Positions 57,936 to 64,000 of a stretch of DNA of 64,000 bases are shown here, piece by piece; the stretch's first letter is position 1, and each line of letters starts with the position of its first letter. The stretch comes from the human T2T-CHM13v2.0 reference genome, Homo sapiens. The DNA is taken from assembly GCF_009914755.1 (NCBI RefSeq), contig NC_060928.1; one strand, given 5' to 3'. Below the pieces are notes generated by a model. It saw only the letters and a program-made list of their open reading frames with translations. It made no database searches and was not told the DNA's origin. The position numbers were made by a program, and so were the translations under genes.

Positions 57936-60599
57936 TTGTTATGTTACTGTGTTGCTCTCTTAGCATCCTGTCCCTTTTCTACAGGAGCTCTGAAAGCTTG
58001 TAAGAAGGATCCTGACTGTCTTCTCACTTCTGTGTCTCCAGGGCTTAGCACAGAGTGGGCACTTAGTAAATGTGGCCCTTTGGGTGTTTTTTTCTTTAGT
58101 TTACACTTGTGCAGGAATCTTCATCAACACTGAAAATGTCAAATGCCCAAAGAATATAGCCCATGAATCTGGTTATACCTGGTTTTATCTGATTAACTCC
58201 TTCACTCAAAAAGGACTATAACACATATCTCCAAGCTCAATTATTTTTCTAATGGTTTCCAAGCCCAGAATTTCCCTTTTTTTATACTGCAACATTTCTT
58301 CTGATTCATTGGCAGTACTTTCTCCTTTTAGTATAATTTAGCTGAATCTCCTACTGTTCTAGATTGTTGATGTATATTACATCCTCTGGTTTAAGGAATA
58401 TTTTTTAACAGTGGCTTCCAACTCTTAATTTAATTTCTTCAGAGGCAAATATTACTTTTATTTTTTCTGGAGTGCACTTAATTCTGTTGCATTTATGTAT
58501 GTAAGTATGTATTTATGTAGTTTGCTAGTTTTCATCTTATTTTTTCTTATTAGTTGTCAGATGTATTGTTATTATAACCTACGTTATCCCTGTCTTTTTC
58601 TCTTCTTTTACAGAGACAATATTCTCTTGCATCTCACTTTGGATTATTATGCAGATATTGCATAAGTTTTTTTTTTGTCTTTTTTAATTGAGTAAGTCAT
58701 ATATAAAGTACAAATTTTTCTCACTTGATGTAGGGTTAGTTACTTCCTTTCTTTTTTCCTTTTTCCTTCCTTCTTTTTTGTTTTGTCTATTTTTTCTTGA
58801 TTGAAGATTGAGTTATCCAAGCCTACATGACAAATCATGATTTACCTTTATATTTGTTTAAAGATTTCACATATGCCACCATTTTTTGCCACTAAGTCTT
58901 AAACTCAGAAAACACTCTGAGACACTTGGATAATTTCTAGATAAAGCTGTTGCTCAATGAATGCCACTTTTAAAATTCAAAATATATTCTAATTTCTGCA
59001 GTAGGCCAAAGGAATAATAAGTGTGGGGCCAGAGGCACTTTCTATGGAGTATTGACTAAGAGAACAAGAATGAAATTGAAAGACGGGGAAGCTATCAGTG
59101 AAAATACACTGTTCCTGGGCCCGAAACTAACTGGATATATGGATGCAAGCAAAATCTTTGGCCAAGGTAACTTTCTGCCTTTCCTCACACACTCTAGAGA
59201 CTTGTAGCCCTCTCACAGGTCATTTATCTTCTCAATAATTGTTTCCTTTATGGTGCTATCTCCCCAGCCATATATCTTGATGATGGCAGACAGGTCCAAG
59301 TAACCTGATAAATTACAGATAGCAGTCTAGTCAATGAATGGCCTAGACCCCAAAATTTATTTTACCATGCCTGCAATAAAATGACTGATAAATACAAATA
59401 AGGAAGCCTAAAACTGTCTTATGACACAAGAGGGAGGTACCAGTTGAGGTACATAATCTGCTGGATGCGAACCAAAACTACATGGTTCACAGGATAGGTG
59501 ATCACAAATTGGGGGAAAAAAGACAAATCAAATATATATTTTGTAAATAAAAATCATCATATGTACACTTGTTTACATAATGTGAAGACATAACTTAATG
59601 ACAACACACATTGATTAACCTAAAATGTAGGATTTCATGACCAATAATGCACTAAAATTTTAAAATTAAAAATAAAACCTCTGATCAAATGTATAAATTA
59701 ACTCCATAAAACAATAAAACAAAGAGCAGAATTAGTCACTAAACAACTATGCAATTTAGCATGTCAGCTAAATGGAGATGTGGGGAATAAACAATGAGCC
59801 TGCAACTGAAAACTTTATTTTTATTTTATTATTTTCCTGCGTGGCTTCTATAACTGTTAATTTTTATCACCCTCAAGTCTAGGGCTAATTCACTTCGCCT
59901 GAATAACCCCAATTTATTACATATTTAGAACCTGGAAAGGAAGACTATTTTCTTTCTTACAAAATAACGCCATTTAATTGTATCTGGGAACTATCACTGT
60001 AAAGCTGCCTGGAAAAGCCTGAACATACGCTGGCCTTCTATTCAAGCATCACTAAGTAGAGTGATCAGTCATAGACTCAGTTCACTTTTGTTCTCCTAAC
60101 CCAGTTTATATTATTAACTGTCCCACATATCAGTACTAATTCTCTATGCATCACAAGTCTACAGTGGCCACATTTAATGGCTCAGATTGGAAGGACTTGA
60201 ATTCCATTTAACGTGCATTTATTAAAAATACCAGGCTTTGCTCAAGGGTATATGGGTACCATAATAACACTCTTTTGATATTAGGACTTTTCTAATTCTT
60301 GATTGACAAATTATATAGTTCAATGATGCCTTATTCCTTATCCTATTGATAACCATGTAAGATGTGGCCCTCAAGGTATCAGTAATAATAACACTATCTT
60401 ACTCAGAAAAAAAAAACGGCAATTTGACAAACAATATATACATTTCATAGAAATTTCAGAATTTAGGTCTACATGACTGTATAGATTATCTTAATCTGAG
60501 TCAAAATATAATAAAAATCCTAGTATCTGCCACTATAAAATAAGTTAACATAAGATAAGGAGTCCATAAGGCTAGAAAATAAATCCAAAAAAGAACATC

Positions 60600-60722
60600 C
60601 ACTATTTTAAATTTAGTAAATATTTACTGAACATCTAATATGAGATCACTTAATGATATCTTCTAAGTACTGAATAGTAGTTTTAAACATTTACTGCCTT
60701 CATAGATGTTATATTCAATAGT
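60600..60722 (-). mobile_element. L2 3' relic overlapping the left arm of the inverted repeat
   Basis: tttagtaaatatttactgaacatctaatatg...ctgccttcatagatgttatattc. Confidence 0.55.
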
Positions 60723-61140
60723 TCATAAATCAGAGTCAATTTAGACCTTGCAAATGTACCTATGACAATTAGCCTTGAAATCTTATCATCATCAAGGTTT
60801 GTATCACTATTTTATTATGTTCATACTGTTGTCAGACCAGTTAGTTATTTGCACATTTATTTTACCTTGCAGAATGGCCTATAGTAGGATTTAGTCAGCC
60901 TTTGGAAGCCCAGGCCCATTATGAGATTGGAAATAATAATAGATGCATGTGTCAGTGAATTTGTGGATTTCCTGCCTAAACAAGAACAACTTATTATTAT
61001 TATTTTTATTTGACTATCACCCTTCACAAGGCTACTTGTCACAGGTTCATTTGCAAGGTCTAAATTGACTCTAATTCATGTAGTATTGACTATAACACCT
61101 AAGAGGGCAGTAACTTTTCATAACTACTATTCAGTACTTA
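60664..61140. repeat. Inverted repeat, 114-bp arms (60664-60777 / 61027-61140), 249-bp spacer
   Basis: Manual ungapped alignment: 99/114 identities. Confidence 0.93.
60860..61118 (+). repeat. Dispersed direct duplication, copy 2 (259 bp, probable donor)
   Basis: Matches 54048-54303. Confidence 0.97.
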
Positions 61141-61899
61141 CAAAAAAGCAGAACAATCTGAAAACCAACAATTCTACTTACATTACTCAGAAAATTGAGG
61201 TCACAGGGAAGACCACCATAATGAAAACTGCAAAGAGAAGCAAATACAGATAATCAAAGCTTACTGGGAGCAGAATCTTCTGGTTGAGTCAGCATGGAAT
61301 TGGAATACATGAAATTTAATTGACCAAGTACCAGAGACTAACAGTGGACTAGATGAAAAAATAACCCCCCAGGAGGCTGAGCCTTCAGAGAGTCCCTACA
61401 TTTTTGTGAGCTTTACCTGCATTATCAAGTTCTCAGAGTGAAGATCAGAGAAAATTCCCCTCATGCTTCCTTCAAGGGGTGGGGAAAAGTTACCATTTGA
61501 AATAAACCCAGAACAGTCTATCTCTTTAACAAAATCCTGCTATTTTACCAGAGCTAAGCAATGTGTACTTTACCAAAGCCTAAGCTATGTGTAGAAAAGG
61601 AAGTACCCAACGCAAATACCTTCTAGCCTTTAAAGTGGGGAAAGAGAAATACCCAACTCCAATTGCCTCTTAGCTGAGGATTGGGGAGGAGAGTAAGCTG
61701 ACAAGTACTAATAAATATCACAGCTCAGGCGCACAAGCTCACAGAGCCTAAGACTTAATCATAAAATTATAGAACAGTGCCCGTCCCCATACATCTTACT
61801 ATTACATCAGTAGGGCTTCTGTATAGTAATAAGGGATTATAGCTGAAAATAACTGCAAGGCTCAGACTTTATAGGAAGGAGTCTCTAGGGAAACCCAAA
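61141..61899 (+). mobile_element. Old L1M (MC/MD-like) 5' region; further pieces at about 62303-62360 and 63300-63990
   Basis: aatctgaaaaccaacaattc...gaggtcacaggg, ggggaaaagttaccatttgaaat; 3' UTR-like taatttactctcaaatggctcaa. Confidence 0.55.
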
Positions 61900-62302
61900 G
61901 CATGGTTTGGCTCTGTGCCCCCACTCAAATCTCATGTAGAATTGTAATTCCCAATGTTGGGGGAGGGACCTTGTGGGTGGTGATTGAATTGTGAGGGCAG
62001 ATCTCCCTTTTGCTATTCTCATGATTGTGAGTGTGTTCTCATGAGATCTGGCTGTATACAAGTGTGTAGCACTTCCCCCTTTGTGCTTGCTCTCTCTCTG
62101 TCTCATTCTCTCTCTCTCACTTCACCATGTGAAGAAGGTACTTGCTTCCCCTTCACCCTTCTATGATTGTTAAGTTTCCTGAGGTCTCCCCAACCATGTT
62201 TCCTGTACAGCCTGTGGAACTGTGAGTCAATTAAACCTCTTTTCTTCATAAATTACCCAGTCTCAGATAGTTCTTTCTAGCAGTGTGACAACAGACTAAC
62301 AC
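61900..62302 (+). mobile_element. MSTA solo LTR
   Basis: atggtttggctctgtgcccccactcaaatctcatg...caattaaacctcttttcttcataaattacccagtctc. Confidence 0.88.
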
Positions 62303-62792
62303 TGCACCTTAGGAGGCAAAACAAGGATATCATAGATAATAGTAGCTACTGACACCTACCTCTAGAGGATACTTGGACAATTTCAGGATGCCAAATCTTA
62401 TTCATTTTTTGCAATTGCCATGTGGGCCTGTATCATTAAAGTTGTATAAAGATTTAGGGTCTTCTGCCTACATACATTTTACAGATATATTTTTGGATTA
62501 GGGACATTCAATGATTAATATTTTAAAAAAGTATTTCTATCCCAACTAGGAGCTAATCTGAAATATTACTTGTTTGTATCTCTCTGTGTATGGTGTGTGA
62601 ATGTATTTTTCCATTGTCGTCATTAGTAAACTGTATGGATTTTAGAAAAAAATTTTGGTCATGATATGGGAAACACCATTACTGAGGCTTCTTTTTCCAA
62701 AAACTTATTTTCTAAGCACATACCTATATGTAAATACAATGCTCACTCAAATCACTTATCTGAATTTTTTATTGTAACCTACCATGAAGAAG

Positions 62793-63296
62793 TGTGTTAA
62801 TTTTCTGCTGCTGCACAAAAAAAGAATCCAAAACATTGTGGCTTCAAACAACACATAATTATCTCACAGTTTTCAAAACTCAGAAGTCTGAACGGGTCTT
62901 AGCTAGGTCCTCTGCAATCAAGGAATCAGCTGGAGCCAGGGTCTCAACTGAGGATTTGGATTCTTTTCCAAGATCACTGACTGTCGACAGAATTTATTTT
63001 CCCATAGTTCCTCTCAGATTCTAGTAGCCTTCTGCCTCTCCACTTTATAGGAAGATGCAATTTTCTTTTTCAAGACCAGCAACAGAGTGCCTCCTCAGTC
63101 TGTTAATATAGTTTTATATAATATAACATGATAATGGGGGTGGCATTCCATTCCCTTTGCCATGTAATGTAACATAAACAAATAAGTGGTAACCCATCTC
63201 CTTTGCAATCTTCTATTAATTAAAAGCAAGTGCTTCTTCCCCTCAAATGAAGGAAATTTAAAGGTCATGAACATGGGATAACCTGAGAGTGTGTCA
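62793..63296 (-). mobile_element. MLT1F/G-like solo LTR
   Basis: gtggcttcaaacaacacataattatctcacagttt...cttagctaggtcctctgc. Confidence 0.7.
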
Positions 63297-63857
63297 GGTT
63301 GACAGGAAGACAGAGTTGTGCTGAGCCAAGTGAATGACTAGAAAATTAAGAAAAAAATCAAAGCACTTGCATGGATTTTAGCAGAACACAGAGTATCCAC
63401 AACATACTATCCAATATGTCTAGTTTGCAGTAAATATTTCCTTGAGATATGCATTAAAATATGAAAGTTATATTCAAAATAAAGCACTCAGTTGAAACTA
63501 ACCTGAGATTAAATTGAACTTGGACTTAACTGACTAAAGAGAAATAAGAGCCAAACGCAATGAGTGACAAAGGAGTTGATTCTGGGCAGGAAAATAAAAT
63601 AGTTGTAAAGGACATAAATTAGTTGTAAAGGACAACAAATAAAATTTTAATAATGTATTATAGATTACATAATAACACGCTATTAATATTTTTATTTTAA
63701 TAATTACACTGCAGCTATATAATAGAATTCAATTGTTCTCAGTAACTTAACACTGGAGTACTTAAGATAAAGAAGCATGATATCGTAATTTACTCTCAAA
63801 TGGCTCAACAAGAAAATTATGTATATCCATATATCTATGTCTCTGTGTCTTTACGTC

Positions 63858-63877
63858 TCTATCTATCTGTCTATCTG

Positions 63878-63929
<52 letters not shown>
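63858..63929. repeat. (TCTA)2 TCTG TCTA TCTG (TCTA)13 STR
   Basis: Counted directly. Confidence 0.95.
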
Positions 63930-64000
63930 AAGAAGAGGGCAAGAAAAAGAGAGGAGGGATGATGATAAAGTGAATATGCTAAATTATAGCAACACATGAG

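Noticed and set aside
54003-61042. Two near-identical small ORFs (MTSSLVKGDSQIK) suggesting paralogous genes
   Set aside because: A by-product of the DNA duplication; non-ATG start, no recognisable domain, different C-termini
54048-61118. Direct repeats 6.8 kb apart read as the LTRs of a provirus
   Set aside because: No TG...CA ends, PBS, PPT or gag/pol; the interior is ordinary old repeats (AluJ, Tigger3, MLT2, L2, MIR)

Overview
This is AT-rich, CpG-depleted primate (very probably human) non-coding DNA, resembling a gene desert or long intron. I found no protein-coding gene, rRNA, tRNA, CRISPR array or CpG island. The supplied ORFs are Alu-derived frames, decayed L1 ORF2 fragments, LTR-derived frames or chance ORFs. 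The window is dominated by interspersed repeats: 11 Alu/FLAM copies, an internally deleted L1MA-type LINE, older L1M, L2 and MIR relics, about 14 solo LTRs (MLT1, MST, MLT2, MER11, ERV1-like), a MER5 triplet, a Tigger3 and many microsatellites. The best signal not explained by repeats is a locus that appears to have been copied twice. A 114-bp ungapped inverted repeat (60664-60777 / 61027-61140, 15 mismatches) is present, and its loop plus most of its right arm (60860-61118) occurs almost perfectly 6.8 kb upstream (54048-54303), bounded by TTTT at both ends. Repeat family names come from recalled consensus motifs, not database searches, so subfamily calls and the boundaries of old elements are approximate. 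I see no evidence of a novel gene system.
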